DNA of 64,000 bases from an uncultured Nitrososphaeraceae archaeon (GTDB lineage: Archaea > Thermoproteota > Nitrososphaeria > Nitrososphaerales > Nitrososphaeraceae), in NCBI GenBank assembly GCA_963729045.1, contig CAVSMN010000012.1:320001-384000 (forward strand), read 5' to 3'. A program made the position numbers and the translations under genes. The notes beneath the pieces were generated by a model. It saw nothing but the letters and a program-made list of their open reading frames with translations, made no database searches and was not told the origin of the DNA. This document shows, piece by piece, positions 44,916-61,906 of the stretch. The stretch's first letter is position 1. Every line of letters begins with the position of its first letter.

Positions 44916-45224
44916 TTAGTTTTTTTGCGAAGTCTTTGGTTTGCGAGCCAAAGGTATGATAATAACTTGCACGAGATCACCCTCTTCAATTCCTAGTGCC
45001 TGTCGCTCTGCCTCTGGGATTGATATCCTACCACCACTTTGGACATTTGTTTTAAACATCGCATTATAATTAGTAAAACCTTGAAGCGAGGAGAACATAT
45101 TTTGGAAAGCATTATATTGAAAATTTGAAAATTGTCTTACCATGTCTTGCTGAAATTCTGCGGTCTTTTCGATTGTCTTTTTTAAGTCAGTATTCTTATC
45201 GCCATTTTCATTTTCATTACTCAT
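44916..45224 (-). CDS. AbrB-domain protein, haloarchaeal PhaR-like
   Basis: FKTNVQSGGRISIPEAERQALGIEEGDLVQVII; Gln-rich helical N-terminus. Confidence 0.8.
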   Translation of the reverse strand: MSNENENGDKNTDLKKTIEKTAEFQQDMVRQFSNFQYNAFQNMFSSLQGFTNYNAMFKTNVQSGGRISIPEAERQALGIEEGDLVQVIIIPLARKPKTSQKN

Positions 45225-45280
45225 AGAAAATTAAATATCTCATCAATATTTTAATGTTGTAAAGGTTTTATAAAATTAAA

Positions 45281-46108
45281 TCAAGAGTCTATAAATTTTT
45301 CAATAATTTCATAAAATTCAACTGGCTTTTCAACATACGGAGTATGACCGCAGTCTTCCATTATCAATGTCTTCACATTTGGCATTTGCTTAAAATATTC
45401 TATATTTTCTACTGGTATGGTCGTGTCATTTCTTCCCCAGATAACCAACGTGGGTACAACTATTTCCACCAATCTTTTTCGTAAAGTTTGATCTTTGCGC
45501 ATTGCAAGTAAGGTTGAAATGAGCGAATACTTGGCATTAGGGAGTTTCATTCTATTCATATAGTCCTTAACTGTTCCAACATCGACGACATATTCTCGGT
45601 TATTGGCCATCATTTCAAACGCCCTATGAACATTTTCAGAAGTTGGATATAAGCCAGAGAAAATATACTGACTCAAAACATATGTTGGTTTTTCTAATGT
45701 TCCGGCAGGAGAAACTAAAATGATTTTCTCAAAGAAATCTCTATGAGTTAAACTGAACTCCAATGCCAACTGTCCTCCAAATGAGGAGCCAATTATTACT
45801 GGATTTTGAATTTGCATTTTCTCAAAGAAAACCTCTAAGAATTTAATAAAAAATTCTATTGTATATTCTATGAGGGGTTTTTCACTATATCCGAATCCTA
45901 CGAGATCAGGAATCACTACGTTGTATTTTTTTAATAAAGGCCATAAATCAGCCCATCTTTCTGCAGATGCACCTAACCCGTGTAGCAAGACGATGGTTTT
46001 CTTTGATTCTGGATGATCAAACTTAATAAATCTTATTTTGTAACCTAGTATTTCAATAAAATCCATACTTTGATTACTTTTTTTGTGTTGATTAAATACC
46101 AGGCTCAA
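45281..46108 (-). CDS. Alpha/beta hydrolase
   Basis: LLHGLG, DLVGFGYS, GSSFGG, WGRND, CGHTP. Confidence 0.9.
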   Translation of the reverse strand: MSLVFNQHKKSNQSMDFIEILGYKIRFIKFDHPESKKTIVLLHGLGASAERWADLWPLLKKYNVVIPDLVGFGYSEKPLIEYTIEFFIKFLEVFFEKMQIQNPVIIGSSFGGQLALEFSLTHRDFFEKIILVSPAGTLEKPTYVLSQYIFSGLYPTSENVHRAFEMMANNREYVVDVGTVKDYMNRMKLPNAKYSLISTLLAMRKDQTLRKRLVEIVVPTLVIWGRNDTTIPVENIEYFKQMPNVKTLIMEDCGHTPYVEKPVEFYEIIEKFIDS

Positions 46109-46419
46109 TTGTTGAATAATGTTCTATAATTGATATGTTTAATATATATAATTTTTAAAAGAAACATTAATTTTTATAAGGAGAATACAGGATAAGACTC
46201 CATCAAATTATTTTCTATATAATTTTAGAAATTCTAACTAATAGCTATTCTTTACGCATGAAATAGAAATGTAGTTCATATTTTTTGTGTATTTGTGTAG
46301 TGTAGTGCAATTAAGATAAGATAATGTATTTTACATACATACTTTTGCTTACTTACTTACATACTTGTTTGCTTGTATTTGTTTTTTATAGTTACTTGTC
46401 GGTTGTAATTTTTTAATTA

Positions 46420-49375
<2,956 letters not shown>

Positions 49376-50227
49376 TCCAGTAGTTATAAATTAATTAATA
49401 AATTAATTAATTAATTAATTAATTACTTTTTTATTTGGAGTTTCTTTCTTTGTCCTTTGGATCTTTTGTTTGTTATTAGTTATCTAGTTAGTTAGTTAGT
49501 TAGTTAGTTCCACTTGTGGTAGAAAAGTCTAATTCAATTTGGTTGGTATTGGTATTTCGTATGTATGTTTATATATTAAATCTGTTTGCACTACAACCAG
49601 TTACACATAATATTTTACTACAATTCACTATTCCATTATTACGCGAATAGTTATTGTTGTTACTTCTTCGATTATATGTAATTGATAATTTGACGGAGTT
49701 TTCCTTTACATGATGATCATTGTAAACTCACATTTACTACATCAACTTCATTCTTTATCTTCTACTCCTCATTTACATGAGACAAAGAATTGCATCCGAT
49801 ACTATATGCTGATTTTAATTGGAATGATCAGATAGATGATTTATGATTTTGTTTAGAATATCTATTATAATATTTACACAGATTACGCCAATAGAACTCT
49901 AACAAATATGAATATTTTTTGTATAAAAATACAACATACTAATCAGTTTTTCAAACCGTATGAAAAATGAAGGAATTGATTGATCAGTTTTGATTTGATT
50001 GCACTCCCTTCTTTATCTACCATCCTACTCTACTGCTATACTATCTTATCATCGTCCATTCGTAATGGACAGGACAGATAAGTGTGTATAGTATGGATTG
50101 ATAGATATGATAGATAGATTTAGGGATTTTATTTTATTTTATTAGTATAATTATTGTAAAGTCTCGCAGATTAGAAAGAGCACAAGGCCCTTTCTAACCC
50201 ACTACCACTACTACAATATAATAACTA

Positions 50228-51696
<1,469 letters not shown>

Positions 51697-52807
51697 CAAA
51701 TAAAGTAAATAATGGCTGTAGAATTATTATTTACTTTATTATAAATCGTCGGTTGATTCTCACATAAACAAACTAACTTTTTTTAGGGTTTGTTTGTTTA
51801 TTTTATATATAAATATCGTCCATTTCTCTTCTTCTTCTTCTGTTATCTTCTTCCCCATCTCAGGAAAGAAATAGATTGAAAAATTGAAAGGACGTTTATT
51901 GAGTTTCTTTCTTTATTGTTATTCTATTTCAGATTAACAATAAAGAGAAAGAGTACGATCGAAAAACTAGATTTGTATGTTGTTTTTTTTTACAAATAAT
52001 AAAATCACACATTAGCTAGATTTGTTCTATAGGATCATCTTTAATGCAATTATAATAGCATTATAGTGATCTATACTTCGATATCATCTATCTGATCATT
52101 CCCATGTCAGATTCAATCTATCAGGTCAGCACTGATTTTTTTGATCGAATCTCCAATACGTTATGATGAATCTATTTAGATGTATTTTAATGCTCGATCC
52201 TTATAGGATCGATCTCATACCGAAATACTCATGATTCTATGATTACTGTAAAGAGCGCACCTGGAGGTCTGTAAATCACATTGTGGCACTTGCCAACTTC
52301 ATTACCGACGCCGCCTTTTGTCTTGGATGCGTTCACAAGTGTTTAGTTAAATGATAATATTAACTTTAGGGTTGCAAGATTTATCAAAAAGATTTTTCCA
52401 TGTACAATTCAATCCCAATCACACTTACTGCATCAAAATCAGTACCCTGACATCTATACACGAGCTAAATATAGCAGCCATGATTGTGTACAAGAACCAC
52501 CATGTAGAGTTAATCATGTCTTCATTTGGTATAACTCAAAAAAAATATTTACCAAATTAAACTAGTTAGTTTCGTTATAATTGAAATTTAGAATTTGAGC
52601 TAAGAAATCGGGATAAAGAGCTGGATTCCTTGGGAAGTATGATTTATCCTCTTTAAAATATCTGAGAATATCTTATTACTCGAAACTATTTTATCCCAAA
52701 CATCATACGGAATTCGAAAATCTTCAAAATGTTATCATGACAAATTTGATATGCTAAATTGATATCCAACAAATTAATTTTTAAAAGGCAGAATAAAATA
52801 AACAATA

Positions 52808-55531
52808 GTGCAGCAAGTAAATTTGGCATCAGATAAGAAAGATGAATATTATTCAAAGAAACTACCCGAAGATATACCGTCCTTGCTTCTTTCATCCTTC
52901 TATGTAGGGGAAAAAAAATCTGTTTTCCTAAAGTTTTATAATCCTGCTGACTCACAAATTTATTTTTGGAGCGAGTATTTTATAGGCAATACTAGTTCAA
53001 AGAAGCATCAACCTTACTGTTTTGTTAAAAAAAAATTTGAAGTTGAAGCAAAGAGTGTTGTAGATCAAGAATCAACCAAATTCCAAATTCAAGAAGTGAA
53101 AAAAGTAGATGATATTGTAGATGAAGAAATAGAGGTACTCAAAATTTTGGCACCCGACCCTCTGTCAATCGGGGGTACAGATAATAGTTTTAGGGAGAGA
53201 GTTACTTCTTGGGAAGCAGATATAAAGTATCATGAAAGCTATCTCTATGATTTAGGACTAATTCCGGGGGCTTTTTATAAAAGAATCGGCAATAACTTGG
53301 TATTTCACGAATTCCCAATGCCAAAAAAGGTAGATCAATATTTAGAGAGCTTGTTTGCCTCTAACAAATTCCAGAACAATTTCAGTAGCAATGAGTATGA
53401 CAAGTTTTTGCTGAAATGGTCACGTTTACTGAATCAACCCATACCTGATATAAAGAGAATTGCTATAGACATTGAAGTTGATTCTGAGGAGGGAAGAATG
53501 CCAACTGCACGAGACCATGATCGCCTAATAACGGCAATCGGCTTGTCTGCATCTGATGGGTTCAAAAAAGTTTATGTTCTAAAAAGGGAGGAGAATATAG
53601 ATCCAACAACATTAGACCCCAAGCATAGTACTTTGTAACTCTGAAAAAGAGATGCTTTTGTTAGCTTTTGATGTATTAAGTAAATATCCGGTTGTGTTAA
53701 CATACAATGGCGATGATTTTGATATGCCTTATTTATATGCAAGGTCTCAGGACCCTGCGATTGATCCTGCAGATAGGAAGCCAATTGATAAAGAACAGGT
53801 GCCTATTCTGGTAAAAAGAGAATCATTTATGAAAAGAGGAATACAAGCAGATCCAGTCACCATCAAGTCAGGAATTCATATTGATCTTTTTAGGACATTT
53901 CAGAATAAATCCGTGCAAAACTATGCCTTTAGTCATAAATATTCAGAATTCACTTTGAGAGCCATATGTGAGGCACTGTTAGAGGATACAAAAATCGAAT
54001 TTGAGGGAAGTATTAGCGATCTTTCCATTAGAAAAACTTGCAGAATATTGTCTTAAAGATGCTGATCTAACTTTCAGATTGAGCGCCTTTAACGATAATT
54101 TGCTCATGAAACTAATAATAATTATTTCGAGAATCTCTAGAATGTCTATTGAAGATATTACAAGATTCGGGGTGAATCAATGGATTCGGTCTTTAATGTT
54201 TTTTGAACATCGACAACAGAACATACTTATACCTAGAAGAGATGAGTTACTTCAAAAAGGATCTTCATCAACCACTGCAATAATTAAAGAGAAAAAATAT
54301 CGAGGTGGATTAGTCGTTGAACCCGAACTTGGAATTCACTTTAACGTAGTTGTGGTGGATTTTGCAAGTTTGTATCCTAGCATTATTAAGGTACACAATT
54401 TGTCTTATGAAACAGTAAATTGTCCTCACAACAAGTGCAAAGATGACCCGCTTAATCATATCGAGGGAACAACCCATTGGATATGTAGGAAGAAAAGGGG
54501 GATGACTTCAATTCTAATTGGAACTTTACGTGATTTACGGGTAAATTACTATAAACATCTGTCCAAAGATACCAGTCTTGGTAAAGATGATAAACAACTT
54601 TATGGTGTTGTGAGCCAAGCAATTAAGGTAATTTTAAATGCCACATACGGAGTCATGGGAGCAGAGATATTTCCACTCTATTGCCTGCCTGTCGCAGAGG
54701 CTACTGCCGCCATTGGGAGAACTACTACGACCAGAACGATAAACAAATGCGATGAGAATCATATCAAGGTAATATATGGAGATACCGACTCGTTATTTTT
54801 GAAAAATCCTAGTCCTGATAGCCTGAATACGATTTCTAATTGGGCCAAATCTGAACTGGGAGTTGATTTGGAAATAGACAAGCGTTATCGGTATGTTGTA
54901 TTTAGTGATCTAAAGAAAAATTATTTGGGTGTACTTGAAGACGGGACTGTCGATGTCAAGGGGTTAACTGGAAAAAAATCTCATACCCCACCGTTTATTA
55001 GAAACGCATTTTATGAGATACTAAATGTGTTGAAAGGATATCTTTACGGAGAAGGACTTTACCAATGCTAAAACTAGAATAAAAAAAATAGTTCATTCTC
55101 TTGCAGAAGACCTTGAGAAGAAAAGTATTCCTTTATCTGATTTAAGTTTTAATGTAATGATAAATAAGTCTCCAGAAAAATACGGGATCAAATTTCAAGA
55201 AAATAGAAATCATCGCGCCATTTCTTTAGATGGTAAAGATAAGAATATAGAAAGCATAAAGGGAATCCCTCAGCATATAAAGGCCGCAAAACAACTTGTC
55301 GAATTAGGACGACAACTCAAAGCTGGCGATATTATTTCCTATGTTAAAACAAGGACTATTGAAGGAGTAAAACCCGTTGAATTAGCTAACAAAATGGATA
55401 TAGATACTGAGAAATATCTTGATACAATGGAATCTACCTTCGATCAAATCTTATCATCACTAAATTTGAATTTTAAATCTATAATTGGAAAGCCTAGGCA
55501 ATCCAATCTTGATGAGTTGTTTTGGACTTGA
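52808..55531 (+). CDS. polB: Family B DNA polymerase (three apparent frameshifts)
   Basis: AIDIEV, YNGDDFD, DFASLYPSII, K..LNATYG, YGDTDS. Confidence 0.95.
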
Positions 55532-55571
55532 ATATCTTTCAAAATAATTCTTATAACATATTTGAATAAAC

Positions 55572-56547
55572 ATGGATAAAATCTCTTATTTAGAAAACTT
55601 CTTTATTCCTCCAGAGAAAACAGTCGCAGGGCACACTTTTTGTGATATTCCTATCCCTATTACATTTGATGCTTCGAAAATATGTATAGTAGGAATCCCA
55701 ATAGATATAACAACTACATTTGGAAAAACAGCATCTTTTGGCCCTGAAGCAATTCGAACCACTTCAGCAAAACAAATCGAAACCCTTGTTTTTGAGGAGG
55801 ACGTTGAGATTTATGAGAAGGCATTGATTTATGATATTGGTGATGTAAATTTTGGGAAACTTAATGACGGTAAGATTAGCGATATTAAGGAAATTAGTAA
55901 ATTTTGGGTAGAGTTTGACAGCAAGTTGTCTTCAGTGTTAAGAATTATAGTGGATTCAAACAAAATACCTGTTATCCTAGGTGGTGAACATACAATTACA
56001 TATTCTATTTATAAGGAACTATCTGAAACACATCCACTATTAATCCATTTTGATGCTCATCGTGACATGAAATCGATTTACCAAGGTATGTCGATGTGTC
56101 ATACAACTCCATTTTATCATCTGATTAGGGAAGGTTATCTTAGAGGGAACGATTTAGTCCAAATCGGCATAAGGCAAGGAGATAGAGAAGAGAATAAATT
56201 CGCAATTGACAATGGCGTTATTACTTTTGATGCATGGGAATGCAACAGTTCTCTGGAGAAGGTCTGTACAGTGGTTAAAAACAAACACCTACAAACGAGA
56301 CATTTACATATCATTTGATATCGATGTTTACGATATATCTTATTTACCTTGCACTGGAACACCAGAACCATTCGGATTAAATCCCTTTCAAATATTAGAG
56401 CTTGTCAATAGCATAAGCGATACAGCAAGATTAGTTGGAGTTGATTTTGTTGAAACTGGTCTAAAGAACAATGATTATAGAGAAGGGGCGTTGGCAACCC
56501 AAACTCTACTTAGGATTTTGTCTAGACCATACATGTCCAATCTTTGA
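55572..56547 (+). CDS. speB: Agmatinase/arginase family (frameshift near 56265)
   Basis: GGEHT, DAHRD, SFDIDV, GTPEP. Confidence 0.88.
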
Positions 56548-56575
56548 ATACTGTATATCCACCAGTACAAATTTC

Positions 56576-58508
56576 CTAAGAAGCAATTTTTGGTCTCTTT
56601 GAGAGGAATTCAGGCAAATTGATGGGAAGGTCGGGCTTGCCTTTCATCGGTTCTTTAATTATATCTATCAATTCATCTATGTTTGTAGAATAACTTAATT
56701 TTTTTAACCTATCTCGGACTGAAATTGAATTAGTGGCAACTTCTTTCTCACCGATTATTATAGTATAATGAATCCATTCAGTTTCCGCATCTCTAATCTT
56801 TTTGGATAGAGTATCCTCCCTATCGTCAATATCCGCGCGAATAGAATTAATTTTCAGCTGCTTTAGTAGTTCAACACATTTAGGGATAAAATCGTCTCTC
56901 ACGGGAATTAATCTTACTTGGGTATTCATTAGCCATATTGGTAAATATGGTGTTTTTCCTTCTTTCATCATCTTGGCAGATTTTTCGAGCAATGCAAAAA
57001 TGACCCGCTCAATAGCTCCGCTAGGTGAATTATGCAAAATTATGGGATTTTTCTTATTGCCTGACTCATCTATGAAGGTAATGCCGTATCGTTCCCCGTT
57101 TTCAATATCAATTTGATCTGTAGCTAGCGCAGACGCTTTGCCAGAGTTATCTAGAAAATTGAACTCCCATTTTAATACAAAATAAAAGAATCTATCGTCC
57201 CACATCTCCACGAGAACTGGCTTACCAATCTTCGTTACTAAACTGTTGAACAAACTCTTTGTTATTAGTATAAAATTCATTGGTAAATCTTATGGCCATC
57301 TCTAAATCTTTTTCAATAGAGATTCCAATTTCTTCCATCACAGAAACAGATAAATCAAGTCGTTTCAAAAATTCAATTTTGGCCTGATCAATATCTTTAC
57401 AAAATGCATGACAATCAGGCATACTAAATGCACGCAACCGCCTTAATCCAACCAGTTCTCCACTCTTTTCTCTCCTGAAACTATATCTGGTTAGTTCGTA
57501 TAGTTTAAGTGGTAAATTCTTATATGATATCTGAAAGTCTTTAGTCATTAGGAATTGGCCAAAACAGGCGGCAAATCTCAAAAACAAATCTTTCTGATCT
57601 GATTTAATATTGTACTGTCTTGCAGGAAAGCGATTGAAGTAACTCTCCATCGATGGATGGTGGGAATCATACATTATTGGTGTTTCTACTTCTAATCCAC
57701 CATATTGAGAGACTTTTTTGGTCACGAACTGTTCTAGTAACGATTTTAACAATCGGCCTTTTGGATAAAATCTCATGTTCCCAGAATCAGAGGCCGGCTC
57801 ATAATCGGCTATACCCAATTTTCGCATCAACTTAACGTGAGGGGGTTGATCTTCCACTGTTCTTTTTCGAAGTATTTCATATTTGAACAAATTCTCTAGA
57901 TTGATTTCAGATTTTTTAAATTTATAGTCATTGTAAGGGATCAAATCCCCGTCAACAGTTAGGACATACCAATTTGATTTTAGATCCTTCTCAGCAGCTA
58001 ATGCACTAGAGAATGATCCTTCGCTTTCATTAATGTCTGATTTTGAAGTAGCAATTTCAACCAAAGTATTTGTCTGTCTCTCAGGATTTTTTTTAACAAT
58101 AAGTCTTGAATTTTCCGATAATGGATGGCCCTTTATCTTGATCCCCAGTTCTTTTGTCCATCCAAATGGAGCTCTTTTAACCACGATGGTATCGGTACGA
58201 GCCCTTAAGGCATTTTCTAACTGGATCATTAATTTATATGCACTTTTTGGCGGTTCTAGAGTCGAACTAAGATGTGCATATGGATAAATTAAAACAGAGT
58301 TACACTTAATTTTCTTAAGATATTCTAAAGTTTCCTTTATAAAGTCTTCAATTAGAGTTTCATCATCTCCCTGCTCTATCGATGTTAATATAACAACTGT
58401 ATCTTCTATTCGTTCCTTCTCATTCTTTAATAAAGGTTCAGCATCATCTATTTCCTTTTTGACAGGCAAATATTCTACAAAATCTACATGTAACTGTAAT
58501 ATTCGCAT
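56576..58508 (-). CDS. thrS: Threonyl-tRNA synthetase, archaeal type (frameshift near 57250)
   Basis: MRILQLH..YPYAHLS editing domain; RFAACFG, MPDCH, LHNSPSGAIER. Confidence 0.96.
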
Positions 58509-58599
58509 ATTTACTAATTAAAATATTTAGTTTGATATATTCCATACCTATTTGAAAACAAGTGAAATGTTTTTGTCTCAGAATTGATGCTGATAAGAT

Positions 58600-58962
58600 G
58601 TGGGAATAGTGGATTTCACCCTAGCGTGTTCGAATGATGATTCTCAGGAATACTGTACATACGATAATCCGATTTCTGAACCTAATGATCAATTAGATTA
58701 CTCACTCATGTTTGTCGTCTCCAAAGAATCTGAATTATCAAATGCTAAGAGCTTCACTCATATCGAAGAGCTTATAGAAAGAGTAATTGCTCACGAAACA
58801 ATCCACGTCGTTATTTTGGAATTGGAAGGAAGGGATTCATCTGATAAATTGGATGATCTTGAAATATCTATTACATTTGGAGCTGGAAGGACACATTTGA
58901 TTAGGATGAATTTTTTGGGATACGCGAGTGATAATACTGGCTTAGTAACTACTACTCTGTAA
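58600..58962 (+). CDS. Hypothetical protein with HExxH motif
   Basis: VIAHETIHVV. Confidence 0.6.
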   Translation: MGIVDFTLACSNDDSQEYCTYDNPISEPNDQLDYSLMFVVSKESELSNAKSFTHIEELIERVIAHETIHVVILELEGRDSSDKLDDLEISITFGAGRTHLIRMNFLGYASDNTGLVTTTL

Positions 58963-59761
58963 AATCTGTGATTTTGTAATTCTTGTGTTGCTGGATTGTC
59001 TTGATAATCTCCTTCTTAACGTTAATCTTTAGATTCAATGATGAAAGTTCTTTCATAAATATTACTTCGTCCTTCAAAAGATACTGTCCATCCTTGAATA
59101 TCTGATTATAAATCAACTTTTGATGAATGGATTGTAGCTTCCTTAAATTATTATACAATTTGGTAACATTGATTTGACATTCTGCTTTTTCCAGCGTTCG
59201 GATCAGATTCATCTTGTTTACGTTTAACAAGCTGTCTGAATACACTCGGTCGTGTCTATTTATTACCGCGAATCCATCAGTTTCACTAAAATATCCTATC
59301 AAGGTCGAAGGTAATATTCTTGATAACCCGTTTTTTATTATTTTTGAAGAGTGTTTATTGTCTAATATTACTATAGAACGACCAAATGAGAGGATTGCCT
59401 CAATTACTTGATTAGCTAGCCTCTCATCAAGTTTGTCTTTATCTGATTTAATTTCGATAGGATATAGAGTAATTTTTTCAATATTCATTTTGTAACTTTC
59501 TGATATTGTTTTTAGTAACGTTGACCTGGCAAAAATATTCTTTAAATCATCATCCATCTCAATTGTACTATTTTTAATATCCTTTTTTTTGATGTTTTTT
59601 GTTTTACATGCTGCCAATATTAAATCAAATTTTCTATTTAGAGCTTCATTTTTGATTTCAATATATTTTTCGTAGTGGTTTGAACTATTTCCAAAAAAGC
59701 CGTTTGTGGGATTTAGGTTTAGAAAATCCAGGAACCGATCTTTTAGTTGAATTTCATTCAT
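58952..59761 (-). CDS. Hypothetical protein with a possible PD-(D/E)xK fold
   Basis: KFDLILA...PIEIKSDKDKLDERLANQV. Confidence 0.6.
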   Translation of the reverse strand: MNEIQLKDRFLDFLNLNPTNGFFGNSSNHYEKYIEIKNEALNRKFDLILAACKTKNIKKKDIKNSTIEMDDDLKNIFARSTLLKTISESYKMNIEKITLYPIEIKSDKDKLDERLANQVIEAILSFGRSIVILDNKHSSKIIKNGLSRILPSTLIGYFSETDGFAVINRHDRVYSDSLLNVNKMNLIRTLEKAECQINVTKLYNNLRKLQSIHQKLIYNQIFKDGQYLLKDEVIFMKELSSLNLKINVKKEIIKTIQQHKNYKITDFTE

Positions 59762-59791
59762 GTTGTAAAGTTGCTATTCAAAACATAACTT

Positions 59792-60622
59792 TCAATTTGG
59801 GACCTTGCAAACAGCCTTCAAACCTTTGACAAAAATGTCTAATTCTGACATCATCTTACTGCGATCGTGCTCATTTTTTGTAATTATGTCGATTAAGGAG
59901 CTTCCTACAATAATGCCATCTGCTCCAGCCTCAATCATTCTCTGTCCATCTTTGGGAGTGCTAATCCCAAAGCCGACTGCTAAGTGTTTCCTATATGAAG
60001 AAACAATGGCTTTCGAACGGGATATAGATTCGAAGGTATATTTTTCAAATTTATTTCTCGATCCGGTGATTCCAAAAACCGATACCATATAGACAAAACC
60101 AGTAGATAGGGCGGATATCTTCCTTAATCTCTTGGTACTTGTGTTAGGGGAGATCAGGAAAACAGTTGTAAGGCCCAATTTGTTTGTTATTCTTAAATAA
60201 TCATCAGCTTCTTCAAAATTCAAATCTGGTACTATGAAACCATCTATCTCACAGTTTTTAGACTGGATTAAGAATTTTTCTAATTCATTAGAATAAAGTA
60301 TATTTGAATATGTCATTAATAGCAGCGGAGTTTCTTTATGTCTTTGCTTAATTGATTTTACCAAATTTAAGCAGTCTTTTGGAGCAATCCCAGAATTGAG
60401 AGTCTTCAAGAACGCATCTTGAATAATAGGACCATCTGCCATCGGATCAGAAAAGGGGACTCCTATTTCAATAATATCAACTCCAGAGTGGATCAATTGT
60501 TCGATTATCTCTCTAGAAAGTTCCAGTGTAGGATATCCTCCGACAACATAACCAATCAATGCCTTTTCATTCTTTTGTATTAAATCATTGAAAGTTCGAG
60601 TAATTTTATTTTCAATTTTCAA
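59792..60622 (-). CDS. trpA: Tryptophan synthase alpha
   Basis: [28 protein letters not shown]. Confidence 0.97.
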   Translation of the reverse strand: MKIENKITRTFNDLIQKNEKALIGYVVGGYPTLELSREIIEQLIHSGVDIIEIGVPFSDPMADGPIIQDAFLKTLNSGIAPKDCLNLVKSIKQRHKETPLLLMTYSNILYSNELEKFLIQSKNCEIDGFIVPDLNFEEADDYLRITNKLGLTTVFLISPNTSTKRLRKISALSTGFVYMVSVFGITGSRNKFEKYTFESISRSKAIVSSYRKHLAVGFGISTPKDGQRMIEAGADGIIVGSSLIDIITKNEHDRSKMMSELDIFVKGLKAVCKVPN

Positions 60623-61854
60623 GTACGACCAATTCCTTTTGATTGGGTGTTCTTTTGAACACCTTCTTCTGAGATGGAGAGATAATCCCTTACTATTTGC
60701 AAATCTTTGTCACCTCTACCGGATACGGTTATTACAACATTTTCATCCTTCTTGAAATTCTTAGCATTTTTCATGATATACGCAATGGCGTGCGCCGACT
60801 CCAATGCAGGAATTATTCCTTCAAGTTTTGACAATAGTACAAAGGCTTTAACCGCTTCTTTGTCAGTTACGGAAGGATAAGTGGCCCGATCAGTATCCAT
60901 TAAATTTGCATGCTCAGGTCCGATTCCAGGATAATCAAGTCCAGCAGAAATGCTGTGTGCCTCGCTTATTTGTCCATTTTCGTCCTGTAAAAAATAACTT
61001 TTCATTCCATGGAAGATCCCCATTCTTCCCTTTGACAATGTGGCAGCATGGAACCGAGTTCGAATTCCCTGTCCTCCAGCTTCTACTCCTATCAGTTTAA
61101 CTTTCTTATCATTAACAAAAGGGTAAAATGATCCAATAGCGTTACTCCCGCCACCAACACATGCTATTACCGCATCAGGCAATTTTCCAGTTAGTTTTTG
61201 TATTTGTTCCTTTATCTCCTTACCTATCACACTTTGGAAATCTCTTACCATTGTAGGGAATGGATGAGGGCCCATAACAGAACCAATTAAATAATGTGTA
61301 TCGCGTACATTCGCAATCCAATCTCTCAGTGCTTCATTTATAGCATCCTTCAGTGTTTTTGACCCAGAATGTACCGAGTGCACTTTTGAATTCAATAAAT
61401 TCATCCTGAAAACATTGAGTTGCTGTCTTTCTACATCCTTTGCGCCCATATAAATTTCTGATTTGAGATTGAAAACTGCTGATGCTATTGATGTTGCCAC
61501 TCCATGTTGCCCAGCACCTGTTTCGGCAATTATTCTGGTCTTGCCCATTTTTTTAGCAATTAAAGCCTGTCCTAAAGTATTGTTTATCTTATGAGCTCCA
61601 CTATGGAGGAGATCTTCTCTTTTTAAATAAATTCTTGGGCCTCCAAGTTGATTAGTCAAATTATTAGCATAATAGAGCGGAGTTGACCTGCCCGCAAAGT
61701 TTATCAATAAACCGTTTAGTTCGCGTTGAAAAGACTTGTCTACTTTCAATCTCTGGTACCATTTGTCCAGATCTTCTAAGGCTGGAATCAATGTCTCTGG
61801 AACATATCTTCCTCCATATGTTCCAAATTTTCCTAAATCAGTGTTATTTTTCAA
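60619..61854 (-). CDS. trpB: Tryptophan synthase beta
   Basis: [31 protein letters not shown]. Confidence 0.98.
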   Translation of the reverse strand: MKNNTDLGKFGTYGGRYVPETLIPALEDLDKWYQRLKVDKSFQRELNGLLINFAGRSTPLYYANNLTNQLGGPRIYLKREDLLHSGAHKINNTLGQALIAKKMGKTRIIAETGAGQHGVATSIASAVFNLKSEIYMGAKDVERQQLNVFRMNLLNSKVHSVHSGSKTLKDAINEALRDWIANVRDTHYLIGSVMGPHPFPTMVRDFQSVIGKEIKEQIQKLTGKLPDAVIACVGGGSNAIGSFYPFVNDKKVKLIGVEAGGQGIRTRFHAATLSKGRMGIFHGMKSYFLQDENGQISEAHSISAGLDYPGIGPEHANLMDTDRATYPSVTDKEAVKAFVLLSKLEGIIPALESAHAIAYIMKNAKNFKKDENVVITVSGRGDKDLQIVRDYLSISEEGVQKNTQSKGIGRT

Positions 61855-61906
61855 ATATATAGAAATGGAATTAGTCAGTTGCTACATAATACTTTATCGA
61901 TTAGAA

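Noticed and set aside
52808..55531. Naturally split polB, intein or programmed frameshift
   Set aside because: No inserted sequence; same indel pattern as other genes
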